Shown piece by piece: positions 51,783 through 63,755 of a stretch of 64,000 nt of DNA. The notes beneath the pieces are model-generated. The model saw only the letters and a program-made list of their open reading frames with translations, was not told the DNA's origin and searched no databases. The first letter of the stretch is position 1. Every line of letters begins with the position of its first letter. The DNA lies in the NCBI GenBank assembly GCA_951406725.2, contig OX597839.1:21452001-21516000 (forward strand), in the 5' to 3' direction. This DNA comes from Octopus vulgaris (lineage: Eukaryota). The position numbers and the translations under genes are program-made.

Positions 51783-52629
51783 CTTTTGACAAACCATTTG
51801 GTGTTGTTTTATTGCGAGCCATCCGGGCACTGTTCAAGCTTTTAGTCCGTGAACAGAAGGCTGGTGTGTCACAGTCATTGTTGGAGACGGAAGAGATAGG
51901 ACCGACAGAGAATGGTTTCTTGTTTGATGGCGAGTGACATGTGTTACCATTCTGTGCAAAGTCTGTCTTGGAATATTCTTTGTTTTGTTGGTTCTTCTCC
52001 TCAATCATCAGGATTTTAGCCTTCACATCCCAAGAACGCATCAACGTCTCAATGTCCAGCTCGGACAGCAGTTCACTGCTCCGACGCTGATTGTTCCAAG
52101 AATAAAAGAAGTCATTGAAAGTGTCATTTGAATCAGCAGCCGAGAGTTTGTCCAGGTTGCCATGCGATGAAGTCCGCGTACAAGTGCTGTTCAGTTCACT
52201 GCACGAGTTGGCCAAACTGTTGATGCCTTTATACCGTTTTTCTGAGAAACTCCTCTTTAAACTGAAGTCAATAGAACCAGACTTCATTGAGAGATCATCA
52301 GAAATACTAACACTACCAAAATCAGTGCCGCTGCCTGAGAAGCCTGCCAGACTGTCTTTGTACTCCACTTGACTGTACAAATTACCCAATGAGTTCCTCT
52401 TGTTCACGTCCCACAGCAGTACTTCGTTACCAGATTCTTGTATCTCCTCATTAACTTCTGTTGCATCAAACGTTTCTTGTTTCACCCTCAGCAGCTGCTC
52501 ATCTTTCAGATTTGTTAAGCTTCCATCAGAAACTTTGACAACTTGATCTGACAATGTTGACGCTACATCATCAACTACATTTTCACCATCTTTCCCAGTT
52601 TGTCCAGATCCGTCAATCACATCAGGTGT
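51783..52629 (-). CDS. AFAP1-like gene, large low-complexity Ser/Asp/Asn-rich exon
   Basis: Corresponds to ORF 51766..52620 (284 aa); acceptor aaatttcag at 52630 and donor AAAG|gtaaga; 847 nt, phase 0-1. Confidence 0.85.
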
Positions 52630-52806
52630 CTGAAATTTAAATAAAATTAATATTTTAATTTTCCTAAATATTTTTCCAACTAAGTGGAATTAGATTCCAC
52701 AAAAAAAACAAAAAAAACTATACAGATTTTTTTCCTGGCTCAAGGACTTGAGTAAAACATAAACATATTGTTCAAAGAGAATTTGAAATTTAAAATACAT
52801 TTAATA

Positions 52807-53319
52807 CTAGCAGTATCGCCCGGCGTTGCTCGGGTTTGTAAGGGAAATAACTATATAAGCATTTTTAGTGAGTTATAGCAAAAAAATGCATTAAAAATGG
52901 AATAAAAAATGATGGTAATTTTGGTGTCTTCAAGCCACGAAGTCGTTGTTCTAAAAGAACGCTGGTCTCCTTGACAACACTTTACGACGTTGATTTCCTT
53001 ACACTCCCTTCCCCACAGCTTCACGAGGGAGGGAAGAAGGGGGAGAAGCAAACAGGTGCAGGTGTGACCATGGACGCCAACTCCGCCGCCATCGACACAC
53101 GAAAAAATATGCATTAAAATGGAATAAAAAATGATGTTAAATTATTTTTAAAATCGTAGACTCATCGTAGACGCGCGCTAATAGCCAGATGGACTCGATA
53201 TGAATCACAACTATAAGATACCCGAATTTGGTTAAACTGCACCGCAAAATGTGGGAGTAGTTAGGAATCTAAATCGAAGGGGACAGACACTCACACAACT
53301 ACAGTTTTATATATATAGA
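52807..53319 (-). mobile_element. Non-autonomous Helitron (intronic)
   Basis: Same termini and body as 38946-39508. Confidence 0.88.
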
Positions 53320-53454
53320 TAATCCAATCGTTCTTAATATGACATCAAATTCCTTAATTTTTTCTTTGGTTACTCATTAAAAAAAACAGAATCCTCCTTT
53401 CTCGCTGACAACAATTAAACAACACATTTTGAAGTGGTGAACAGATTATATACA

Positions 53455-54050
53455 TGGTAATCCCTCACCATATCGCGGTTCACCTATCGTACCCTTAGTA
53501 CATCGCGGATTTTTCTGGCTAACATATGTAAATTCAAAACATAAGAATTCTCTCAAGAATTGGGGGAGCGAGGGGGAAGACTTGGTCACATGGTTAAGTT
53601 CCCTATGAAAACATGGTGTTGTAGGTTCTGGGAATCCTGAGGAAGTGTCTTTTACTCTTCATCAACAGAAACAAGAAATGCTATTGTTCTTGGAGGGATA
53701 GATTTCCTCCATTGCCTAGTTTAACACCAACACCTACCCCCATCCGCCACCCGGTCCTTGGCTACCTTCAGTAGAGTCCATTCTGCTGGAAGTAGAATAT
53801 TTGCAATATTTTGCTGGAAATCTTTATGTTCTGAGTTCAAATCCTAACAATGTCTTTAATCTATTAAATCCCAGTCATATACTGGGATCAACAGAATCGA
53901 TTATTTTGTCTAACATATGTAAATTCATATCACAGACTCTTCAACATATTGTGGGTTTCTGTAATCAATAGGCATTTAGATTTTTTTAGATTTCAATTAT
54001 TTCGGGGGGGGGGGGGGATTTAACACCCATGGATAGCTGATGGATTACTG
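53455..54050. mobile_element. pogo/Tigger-like MITE, interrupted by a templated insertion
   Basis: Imperfect TIRs ggtaatccctcaccatatcgcgg / atggatagctgatggattactg followed by TA. Confidence 0.5.
53530..53910 (+). repeat. 381-bp direct copy of 50637-51017
   Basis: One visible mismatch; flanked by the 18-bp duplication ctaacatatgtaaattca. Confidence 0.95.
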
Positions 54051-54211
54051 TATTAAGAAAAAGGAGGCAGTCAGGGATTTGGGATAATTATTTATTTAAC
54101 ATCAGGAATTCCAAATGAATTTCTGAAACAAGATGAAAATGCTAAAATAAATAATTATCCAAAATTCTTACTCCTGCAGTATATAATACACACACACACA
54201 CACACACACAT

Positions 54212-54549
<338 letters not shown>

Positions 54550-54552
54550 CAA

Positions 54553-55835
54553 TACGAGGGACGTTCAATAAGTAATGCCCCTGACCCACTTGCAGTTGTT
54601 TGATCTAGCTGAAATTTTTCATGTGCAATTATTTATATCTCTACAAATTAAGTGGCAAATTACAGCTCTGAACTAATTGTGGTGTCTGATTTACAGGTGT
54701 TTGAACTGAGTCCAGTGTGAAATGGAGCCTGTTGAGTGTCGAGCAGTGATCCGGCTTTTGTATTTGAAAGGACGCACACCACGGGAGACTTTTGATGAAA
54801 TGAAAGTAACTCATGGTGATGATGCCCCATCATATGGCCTTCTAAAACACTGGCATCGTGAATTCAAACATGGTCGGAACTCTGCGGAAACAGCTCCCAG
54901 ATCTGGTCGTCCCACCTCTGCCATTGATGAGGCATCTGTCCGTCAAGTTGAGGCTGCCATTTTGGGAGATCGACGCATAACTATTCGCCAAATAGCTCAT
55001 GAGGTCAAGATTAGTACCGGGTTTGTGGAAACTATCATTCATAACCATTTGCATATGCAAAAGGTGTCTGCCAGATGGATTCCCAGGTTGCTCACACCGT
55101 TCCAGAAGCAAGAACGCGTCGAGTGCTCGAGGATGAATTTGGAGATGTGCCAAGATGAGTCAAAATTTTTCGAAAGACTGATTACACAGGATGAAACCTG
55201 GGTCCATCACTATGATCCAGAGAGCAAAGCCCAGTTAATGCAGTGGAAGTACCGTGACTCACCTCCTCCAAAGAAGGCAAGGGTGCAGCCCTCCGCTGGC
55301 AAGGTCATGCTCACAGTCTTCTGGGACCAGGACGGAGTAGTGATGACAGATTTCCTGGCAAACGGTACCACAATTACAGGAGCCTATTATGCTTCACTTT
55401 TGAGGAAATTAAGAGAAGCTATCAAAATCAAGAGGCGGGGCAAGATCAGCAAAGACATCCTCTACCTGCAGGACAACGCTCCGGTCCACAACTCGTGTGT
55501 CGCCAGATCAGAAGCACAGGCGTGCGGCTATGAACTCCTCCTCCATCCCCCCTACTCTCCTGACCTTGCACCCTCTGATTTTCACCTCTTCCCAGCCATG
55601 AAGTTGTTTTTGAAAGGAAAGCGTTTCCCAGATGATGCAGCCTTGATTTCTGAAGTCACGTCGTGGTTGGAGGACCAAGCTGGGGGTCTTCTACAAAAAC
55701 GGTCTCCAGAGATGGGAGAAATGCATAACTCTGGGTGGTTCCTATGTAGAAAAAGACTAATAACTGTGCCAAGTTTCGTTGCTCTACTGCTATGGGAAGT
55801 GGGTCAGGGGCATTACTTATTGAACACCCCTCGTG
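54553..55835 (+). mobile_element. Mariner (DD34D) DNA transposon, near full length
   Basis: ~37-bp TIRs (cgagggacgttcaataagtaatgcccctgacccactt / aagtgggtcaggggcattacttattgaacacccctcg) in a TA context, enclosing a transposase ORF. Confidence 0.95.
54722..55760 (+). pseudogene. Mariner transposase with one late frameshift
   Basis: WIPRLL, ITQDETW, QDNAPVH and YSPDLAPSD motifs with D34D spacing. An extra G in the run at 55682-55686 shifts the frame; the alternative frame gives the normal ending FYKNGLQRWEKCITLGGSYVEKD*. Confidence 0.9.
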
Positions 55836-56151
55836 TATATATATATATATATATTCAGATGAATATGGTACGTAAGTTGAAGGCACCAGAATTTAGTATG
55901 TACTGAGCCTTGTAGAGTTAGCCTTATTCCTATTTCTGAAGCTCAATTGTTGTGCAGTATATCTGATAATCATTTGGTTCGTAGTGACACCTATGTATGA
56001 TTTCGTCTCATTATTTGTGCAGACATCACATTGGTAAACTATGTTATTTGTCTTTGAGAAATGGCATCTTGTTCTATCCCTACAGCTGCATAAATAGTTA
56101 GGTGTATCTACGTCCGTGTTGTATTGTGAGGGGCAATTGTTATTCAGGTCT

Positions 56152-56465
56152 TGGCTCAGTGGTTAGAGCGTCGAGCTTACGATCGTGAGGTTGTGAGCTC
56201 GAATCCCGGACCGGGCTGCGTGTTGTGTTCTCGAGCAAGGCACTTTATTTCACGTTGAAATGAGTTGCGACGTCACTGGTGCCAAGCTGTATCGACCTTT
56301 GTCTTTCCCTTGGATAACACTGGTGGCGTGGAGGGGGGAGGCCGGTATGAATGGGCGACTGCTGGTCTTCCATAAACAACCTTGCCCGGACTTGTGCCTC
56401 AGAGGGGAACTTTCTAGGTGCAATCCCATGGTCATTCATGACCGAAGGGGGTCTTTACCCTTACC
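56152..56465 (+). mobile_element. tRNA-derived SINE family C
   Basis: Near-identical to 22918-23260. Confidence 0.85.
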
Positions 56466-56823
56466 TAAGTTAGCAGGAGGGGTTGCATTAGTGGGGTTAG
56501 TCCTATTAGTTGGTTGGTTATTATTTTTATTGTTCACAATCTTTCTAGTTTCATAGAATTTGTCAAGTTTTTTTATTATTCATTGAGGCTATTATATATA
56601 CATGCATATATATTAACCCTTTAGCATTTAGTCTGCTCAAATCTGGCCAAAATATTCTTCCTGTTTTATGTTGAAACTGATCAGATCCTGCCTCTCACAC
56701 CTATCCTACAATGTCATTCTACACATCATTGAAATCTTAAAGCTACGAGATAATGCAGGATTAATTCAAGACAATGTGAATAAATAAGCATTAGATTTGA
56801 AAGAAAAATTTGAATGTTTAATG

Positions 56824-56901
<78 letters not shown>

Positions 56902-56934
56902 TACACACATACATACACACGCACTCACACACAC

Positions 56935-57012
<78 letters not shown>

Positions 57013-57026
57013 ACATACAGACTTAC

Positions 57027-57191
57027 CTTTTTAGCATTCTTGGGACACTTCATGCTGGACTGTCTGACTACAGGGATATCGGAATATGGCGTCTCTTCAA
57101 AGTATTGTTCCAAACCTTCTGGAACATTCTCCGTAGAGGTCTCAGCCATCAGCACTGCCAACCAATCTTGCATCTCGTCGTCATTTAGGGG
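57027..57191 (-). CDS. AFAP1: AFAP1-like gene, PH C-terminal helix exon (PLNDDEMQDWLAVLMAETS...NAKK)
   Basis: Acceptor atttgttggcag and donor AAG|gtaagt; 165 nt, phase 0-0. Contains the conserved PH helix Trp; the LMAETS motif parallels LLAETG in AFAP1. Confidence 0.85.
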
Positions 57192-57398
57192 CTGCCAACA
57201 AATTAAGACAAACGAAAGAACAGAAAACGGTTTACACAAAAGCAAACATGCGCTCCCCCACCCCACTTCACACCCTGCACCCACATTTTTACAGCAACAC
57301 AACTCATTTCTGCCCACCCCCATCCAACTACAGACAGCATAAAAACAAAGAATCTTAAAAAAATGTAAGTCACAGGAATGGACATGTGGAAGAAGCTT

Positions 57399-57829
57399 GG
57401 CAATGTTTCACTTGTCGTAGCACAAGTTTCCGTCGATTTCCGTAAAAAACTTTTATTTTTTTACATAAGTAATGAGAGCGAAAGAGACTAAGAGGAAGCG
57501 ATTTTATGACGAGGAAATTTCTCTTTGAAGTCCGCGTGTGTGTGTTTGATGGGGTGTGGGAGACAGACAGTATGTTGTGTAAGTGAAGTGCTTCTGTTAG
57601 TGTGTGCGAAGAGACAGAGAGAGTAATGTGTGAAAGAGAGAGATAACTGAAATTTTTTACTCGGTGTATGTGTATATGTATGTCTGCATGTATGTGTGTG
57701 TGTGTATGTATCTATGTATGTGTGTGTGTGTATGTATGTGTGTGTATGTATGTATGTATGGCCGATTCAGTGTTTACATTTTTTACGGAAATCGACGGAA
57801 ATGTGTCCTACAACAAGCGAAACATCGCC
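57399..57829. mobile_element. MITE with ~50-bp TIRs and 9-bp TSD (Merlin- or MULE-like), inserted in a SINE head
   Basis: TSD aagaagctt at 57390-57398 and 57830-57838; termini GGC...GCC; TIR core tttccgtcgatttccgtaaaaaa / ttttttacggaaatcgacggaaa. Confidence 0.85.
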
Positions 57830-58399
57830 AAGAAGCTTACTTCCCAACCACATGGATTCAGGGTTCAGTCCCCCTGCATGGCACCGTCTTCTAGTCTCAG
57901 GCTGACCAAAGCCTCATGAAGAGAGAAGCCTGTCCTCTGTGTGTGTGTGTGTGTGTGAGCGTATGTGTGTCTTTGTGTCCATGTTTATCTCACACCACCA
58001 CGTGGCAACCGGTGTTGGTGTGTTTACATCCCTGTATCTTAACTGTTTAGCAAAAGAGTCTGATAGAATAAATGCCATCATCATTATCATCATCATCATC
58101 ATCATTTAGCGTCCGCTTTCCATGCTAGCATGGGTTGGACGGTTGAACTGGGGTCTGTGAAGCTGGAAGGCTTCGTCAGGCCCAGTCAGATCTGGCAGTG
58201 TTTCTACGGCTGGATGCCCTTCCTAACGCCGGGCTTAAAAAAAAACACAATAAGTCCTGGGGTCAATTCATTCAACTAAGAATTCTTCAAGGCATTGCCC
58301 CAGCATGGCCACAGTCTAATGACTGAAGTAAGAGAAGGCAAAAAACAATAATAAGGCTTTGAGAGACCCCAGAGTGGAATGAAAGCCCCCTTTGCTCAC

Positions 58400-58620
58400 C
58401 TCGACTGTGATTTTCTCGATGTTGTCTTTTAGAATCATCAAGCCAAGGTCACTCTTCGTTTCTGTCTTGGCCGAACGTACAACGCAGTCCTTGAGCGGGA
58501 AACTCAACTCACAGACGTTATTCTTCTGGTTCATGTAACACTCAAACTCGCCCATCTTCACCAGGCACCAACGCTTGCCCCACCGTCGTTTATTGAAACT
58601 GCTGTAGATGTTGAGGTAGC
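58400..58620 (-). CDS. AFAP1: AFAP1-like gene, PH domain exon (YLNIYSSFNKRRWGKRWCLVKMGEFECY...LSFPLKDCVV...KITVE)
   Basis: Acceptor ccctcccccag and donor GAG|gtgagc; phase 1-0. The YLN...RW.KRWC.V...PL..C.V pattern resembles the second PH domain of AFAP1-family proteins (recognised by eye, no search run). Confidence 0.85.
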
Positions 58621-58661
58621 CTGGGGGAGGGACCAGAATCGGTTATTTGAAAGGAATTAAC

Positions 58662-58664
<3 letters not shown>

Positions 58665-58711
<47 letters not shown>

Positions 58712-58715
58712 GGAG

Positions 58716-58747
<32 letters not shown>

Positions 58748-58820
58748 GGAGAAGAAGAAGAAGAAGAAGAAGAAGAAGAAGAAGAAGAAGATGAAGAAGA
58801 AGAAGATGAAGAAGAAGAAG

Positions 58821-58852
<32 letters not shown>

Positions 58853-58907
58853 GTAGGAGAAGAAGAAGAAGAAGAAGAAGAAGAAGAAGAAGAAGAAGAA
58901 GAAGAAG

Positions 58908-58939
<32 letters not shown>

Positions 58940-59055
58940 GGAGAAGAAGAAGAAGAAGAAGAAGAAGAAGAAGAAGAAGAAGAAGAAGAAGAAGAAGAAG
59001 AAGAAGAAGAAGAAGAAGAAGAAGAAGAAGAAGAAGAAGAAGAAGAAGAAGAAGA
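58665..59055. repeat. (GAA)n microsatellite
   Basis: Direct reading; lies just upstream (minus strand) of the PH exon acceptor. Confidence 0.98.
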
Positions 59056-59750
59056 ATGACAACAACAATGGCAACAGGAATAACAAGAACAACAGCAGCT
59101 GAAAAGAGGAGCCAAATGATCCTCAAATACTACCTTATTATCTTGAAAAGGAAGGACAGATTAGAGAACACAACCCCTAATATACAAAATGACAGGTTGG
59201 TCAAGGCTAGAAAGCTTTTTGATCGTAGATTTGCTTCATCAACAGCAACAACAACAATAAGAACAACATATAATGTAATCTTAGATGACAGGGTGGTCAT
59301 GTCTGGAATGATTTTGGACAAAGTTCTGCTTAATGAAGGCTGACCAAGGATTAAGCAACAACAATTAGTCAAACAGATACGATAGGTTCAGTCAGCTGTG
59401 AAATACAGAGATCTATGATCAAAGACCTTCCAGATGTGACCATCCTGTTTTATTCAGACATAAAAACTGTATCTAAGACAATTTAACATATACCAAAATA
59501 AAGAGGAACCTGTTAGCAACAGAAAAGGGATCATGCTTGCTGTTGGTAAGGACTCTAACCTCTAAACTCAGTGTCCCCTTGGTAGTGCAGTGGACCCTCA
59601 GACATGCTGACAGAGGGATAAGAGAGGGAGAGAGAGCAGATAGGGAGGAAAAATTAGAAATTAAGAGGAGGAACAACCAATAAACAAAGATCGTTAATTA
59701 TTCAGAAGTAATTAATAGCATCTGTTAGTGAGGTGAGTTTAATTAGCAGC

Positions 59751-59870
59751 AGTGCAAGTAGTGCAGGGACAGTGCAAGGACAGTGCAAGGACAGTGCAGG
59801 GACAGTGCAGGGGCAGTGCAAGGACAGTGCAGGGACAGTGCAAGGACAGTGCAGGGACAGTGCAGGGGCA
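59751..59870. repeat. 11-bp minisatellite agtgca(a/g)ggac, about 10 copies
   Basis: Direct reading. Confidence 0.95.
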
Positions 59871-60259
59871 GGTGGGGGGCACAAGAGCTTAATAACTGGT
59901 TTAAGGGCAGGGTGGAACTTGTTTGGGGAACTTGTTATTTTTGCTGACAGCAAGGGGTCGTTGCTCCTTTTAAATGAAGGGAGGTGGGTTATATTAATAT
60001 TTGTGGACAAAGTGCAATGTGAAAAGGTGACAAAGACATGGGTGTCAACTGTGAAAGGGGTGTAAAAGCTGAAAAGGGGTGGGCTGAGCATGCTCTGCTG
60101 GTCCAGTAATGTTAACATGCATGGGTGACAGGAAACAGGTGAGCTGAGAGGCAAAAACCTGGGTAGGAATAAATAGAGACACACAGAGAGTGTCTTTGTG
60201 TGCATGTGTGTGCATGTGTGTGCATGAGACAGGGTGTACAAAAAAAGGCTGTACTGTGG

Positions 60260-60932
60260 TTGATGCAATCAAATTGCCACCTCCCCTAAAACTGCGGGCC
60301 TTGTGCCAAAATTTGAAATCAGTATTATTATCATTATTATTAACAAGAAAGTTTAAATTCTGCCAAGATTGACTTTGCCTTTCATTCCTTCAGGGTCAAT
60401 AAATTAAGTACCAGTTGAGTACTGGGGATCGATGTAATCCCCCCAAATTCAAGGCCTTGTGCCTATAGTAGAAAGGATTATTATCATTATTATTATTAGT
60501 AGTAGTAGTAGTAGTAGTATTAAGGCGATGAGCTGGCAGAAATGTTAGCACAGCAGGTGAAATGCTTAGCAGTATTTCATCAGTTCTGAGTTCAAATTCC
60601 GCCAAGGTCAACTTTACCTTTCATCCTTTCGGGGGTTGATAAATTAAGTACCAATTGCATACTAGGGTCGATCTAATTGACTGGCCCCCTCACCCCAAAT
60701 TTCAGGCCTTGTGCCTATAGTAGAAAGGATTATTATTATTAAAAGGCAGAGAGCTGGCAGAACTGTAAGCATGTTGGACAAAATGCTTAGCGGTATTGAG
60801 TTCAAATTCTGGCAAGATCAATTTTGCTTTTCATCCTTTCAGGGTCGATAAATTAAGTACCAGTAAAACACTGCGGTCGATGTAATTCAGCACCTCCCCC
60901 AAAATTGCTGCCCTTGTGGCAAAATTTGTAAC

Positions 60933-60935
<3 letters not shown>
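60260..60935 (+). mobile_element. Cluster of 3-4 family B SINEs separated by (ATT)n
   Basis: Repeated ctttcatcctttc...aaattaagtaccag cores and gtagaaaggattattatt tails. Confidence 0.8.
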
Positions 60936-60975
<40 letters not shown>

Positions 60976-61303
60976 TTTCAAACTTTTTGGAGGTGATTTT
61001 GCGAGTCACACTTAACTAGATGTGTTTTTAGAGAGAGAGAGAGAGAGAAAGAGAAGCCATGTCTTGTGCTGGATTTACAGATGTGTGATAAAAAATAATT
61101 TCTGAATAGTGCCATGCATGCAAGACAAATTTATTGAACAATATCGAGGAGGATGTTAACAGGGATGGCCAACATAGCCCAAACTTACTCTTCTACAGGG
61201 TTCAGTTAGTCATTCTAAAGAACAAGGTGACCATGCCTTCCCATTCCATTTCTGGAACCAGTCCCACATGCTGTTACACAAAATTCCAGGCAGAAATACT
61301 TAC

Positions 61304-61555
61304 TTTTACACAAGATGTTAGTATCTTCCTGCCAGCTCTGTTCCAATAAGGAAACCAATTTTTCGGACTTGGGAATATCAGGGGATGTATCAGGGGTGGA
61401 GTTCTTTTTCCTTGGCAAAGAATTCAATGAGAACCTGCTTAGCTTCAAATCTGGATCTTTTTTTGGGTATCTCCGCCAGTTGAGGTTTTCAAAGAACCGC
61501 GATGCCCTCAATGCTAAGTTACCCATACGTGGTGGTGCTTTCTCAGACAAATATT
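61304..61555 (-). CDS. AFAP1-like gene, symmetric 252-nt exon (EYLSEKAPPRMGNLALRASRFF...EDTNILCK)
   Basis: Acceptor ttgttctttacag and donor AAAA|gtaagt; phase 1-1; lies inside ORF 61215..61652 and runs directly into the PH domain (ILCK-S-YLNIY). Confidence 0.75.
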
Positions 61556-63661
61556 CTGTAAAGAACAAATCACTGCTAGTTGTGTTACCATTTATCAACC
61601 ATTTCAGGCCCTCCAACTGCACAAGTCCACCTCTGTCCCATACCATGTTCAACCAATTCAGGCCCCACTCCTCCTCCTACTGCCCATGTCCACTATAACC
61701 AACAAGAAACTGAGAGCTGTTAAGTAGATACTTGTCTAAATACGAGAAATAGCAAACAAATCTCCCCTTAAATCACAGGAAGGACATATTGGATAACTGA
61801 ACTGGGGTTTGCCTTATAATTCACCTGTCCTGGGGCCATTTTCTTTAATTCCTCGCAAACTCACTCACACCATCTGCTTTGGTATCTGGCTGAGGAACCC
61901 CAAACCAAGTGATTCTTAGTTGACCTCTTCGCCATTTTTTGGAGGGATTCTATGCAAGGGTCAATCTGTTAATGCTTGTTACTGGCTTATGTAATGTGTC
62001 CCCACTCCACTCCACTCTACTTTCTTCACATAATTAGAGCCAATACCGATAGATCTGATTGTAATGTCTGCAGTCTGTGGTGGTCCCTAAAAGACATTTT
62101 GGATTCCCTTCATCCCAAATCATAAAAAGAAATCAGTAAATTATAATGAAATATTGAAATTTAAGAAAAATAAGGATTCTAATTTTACTCAGTTCCTGGG
62201 ACATTCCTAAAATGCAGGGATCTCATGCTTCCTGTGATGGACCCTTTTCTTGTTACATAAAACTTTAATACTTGTGAGATGGTAGTGGCAGTGGGGATGG
62301 GGGGGGGGTCACCATTTTCCTTTAGATACAGGAAAACAGTGACTATATGGTCTTTTGGATAAAATTTTAATTGTTTTGATGAGAAATAAGATGTGTTTCC
62401 TTGTGTTGCGTGTGGGGGGAGGGGGAAGAAGGGATTAGAAAATAATCCTTTCCTAGTATTGCCGGGAGTTAGATGTTAGAAAGCAGCTTTTACTTCTGTT
62501 ATTGTGTTGTTGTGGGGTCAAAGGATTAGAAAGTGGTCCTTAATAGTCCCATCCTTGTGATATTGTGTTATAGGGACCAAAGGGTTTGGAAACCGGTCCA
62601 TTTCTGTTGTGGGAGAGTTAGAGGATATTTAGAAGTCACCCTTTCGTTGTGACTTGCTGTAAGAATTAAGGGCTATAAAAGTGATCCTTTTTTTTGCAAA
62701 GAAGGGAAGAACTAGAGTACAACACAAGGACCCTGGTATAACATCATCATCATCGTCATCAACGTCCTTGATTAGTGATTAACCAAAATGAGTCTTATAA
62801 AAAGCCATATTAATGAGACACAATTTCAATAAATAAATTACACAAGAAGAGGTTAATTAATCCAAATTACACCTAATTAGACAACAAAATATTTCCATCA
62901 GTTTGTAGAATCATTTATCTGCTGACTGTTCTTCTTTAATATTGCTTTACCAATCTCATTTCATGGACTGTGGCCATGCTGCAGCACCCACAGCATTGAT
63001 GTCAATCACGTCAACGTCCACAGCCCTTTATCTGGTTCTCATAGGATTCAAAAGGGAAATGATTCAGTCAGACAAGTCGTCTCTGTTTGAATGCACCAGT
63101 TTTCACACCACCCTGACATAAACAGACACACCATCACCCCCATCATCATTAACATCCGTTTTCCATGCTGGCATGGGCTGGACAGCTTGACAAGATGAGA
63201 CAAGCCTATTGTCTGTTTTGACAGGGATGGCCTTCATAATGCCAACCACTTTTTTTTGTTATGTAAATGATTGCAGACCATCCTGCCCACACCCCTGCTG
63301 CAATGGAATGTCCTGTTTTCTGTAAGCCACTTCAACCAGGAGATGTGGAACCAACAATGGAGGTGCTGCATGGTCAGTCAATCTGCTAGAAGTAGCAGTC
63401 AAATCTCCTTCAAGCCATTTTCTACTGTCTTAAAACAAAAAGTGGAAGTAGTTTGAACAAAAGAAAACCAGACTGGGTGGTCATAGCTGGAGTATCTTGA
63501 AGCAGAGGGTGGGGTGGGGGATGCTCTTGCTGGTGCATCGAGAGTAGACCTTAAATCGAGCAAATTTCCTTGAAAGACCCTTCACTGTGGATGGGGTGGG
63601 GGAGAAGGGAATTGGTCTGGTATAGATTTCCTATTGACCTCAGTGAAATCAATCGCATTAC

Positions 63662-63755
63662 CTGATGTTGAAGGTGGACGATGCAGGTTCTCGTCTTGGC
63701 TGCCCCTTTCACTGCTGTCGTTGGACAGATTTGAAACTGAACCTCTCATGTCGTT
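63662..63755 (-). CDS. AFAP1-like gene, first coding exon visible in the window (NDMRGSVSNLSNDSSERGSQDENLHRPPSTS)
   Basis: Acceptor tttttttctag at 63756 and donor CAG|gtaatg at 63661; 94 nt, open, ends in phase 1, matching the next exon. A possible ATG lies at 63749-63747. Confidence 0.7.

Noticed and set aside
56152-56225. tRNA genes here and at 23185-23260, 33710-33788, 45020-45093 and 51194-51268
   Set aside because: A and B boxes are present but acceptor stems are poor and the sequence continues into SINE bodies.
56612-56821. Possible TTAA-flanked MITE starting ttaaccctttagcattt
   Set aside because: The right terminus is too degenerate to support a call.
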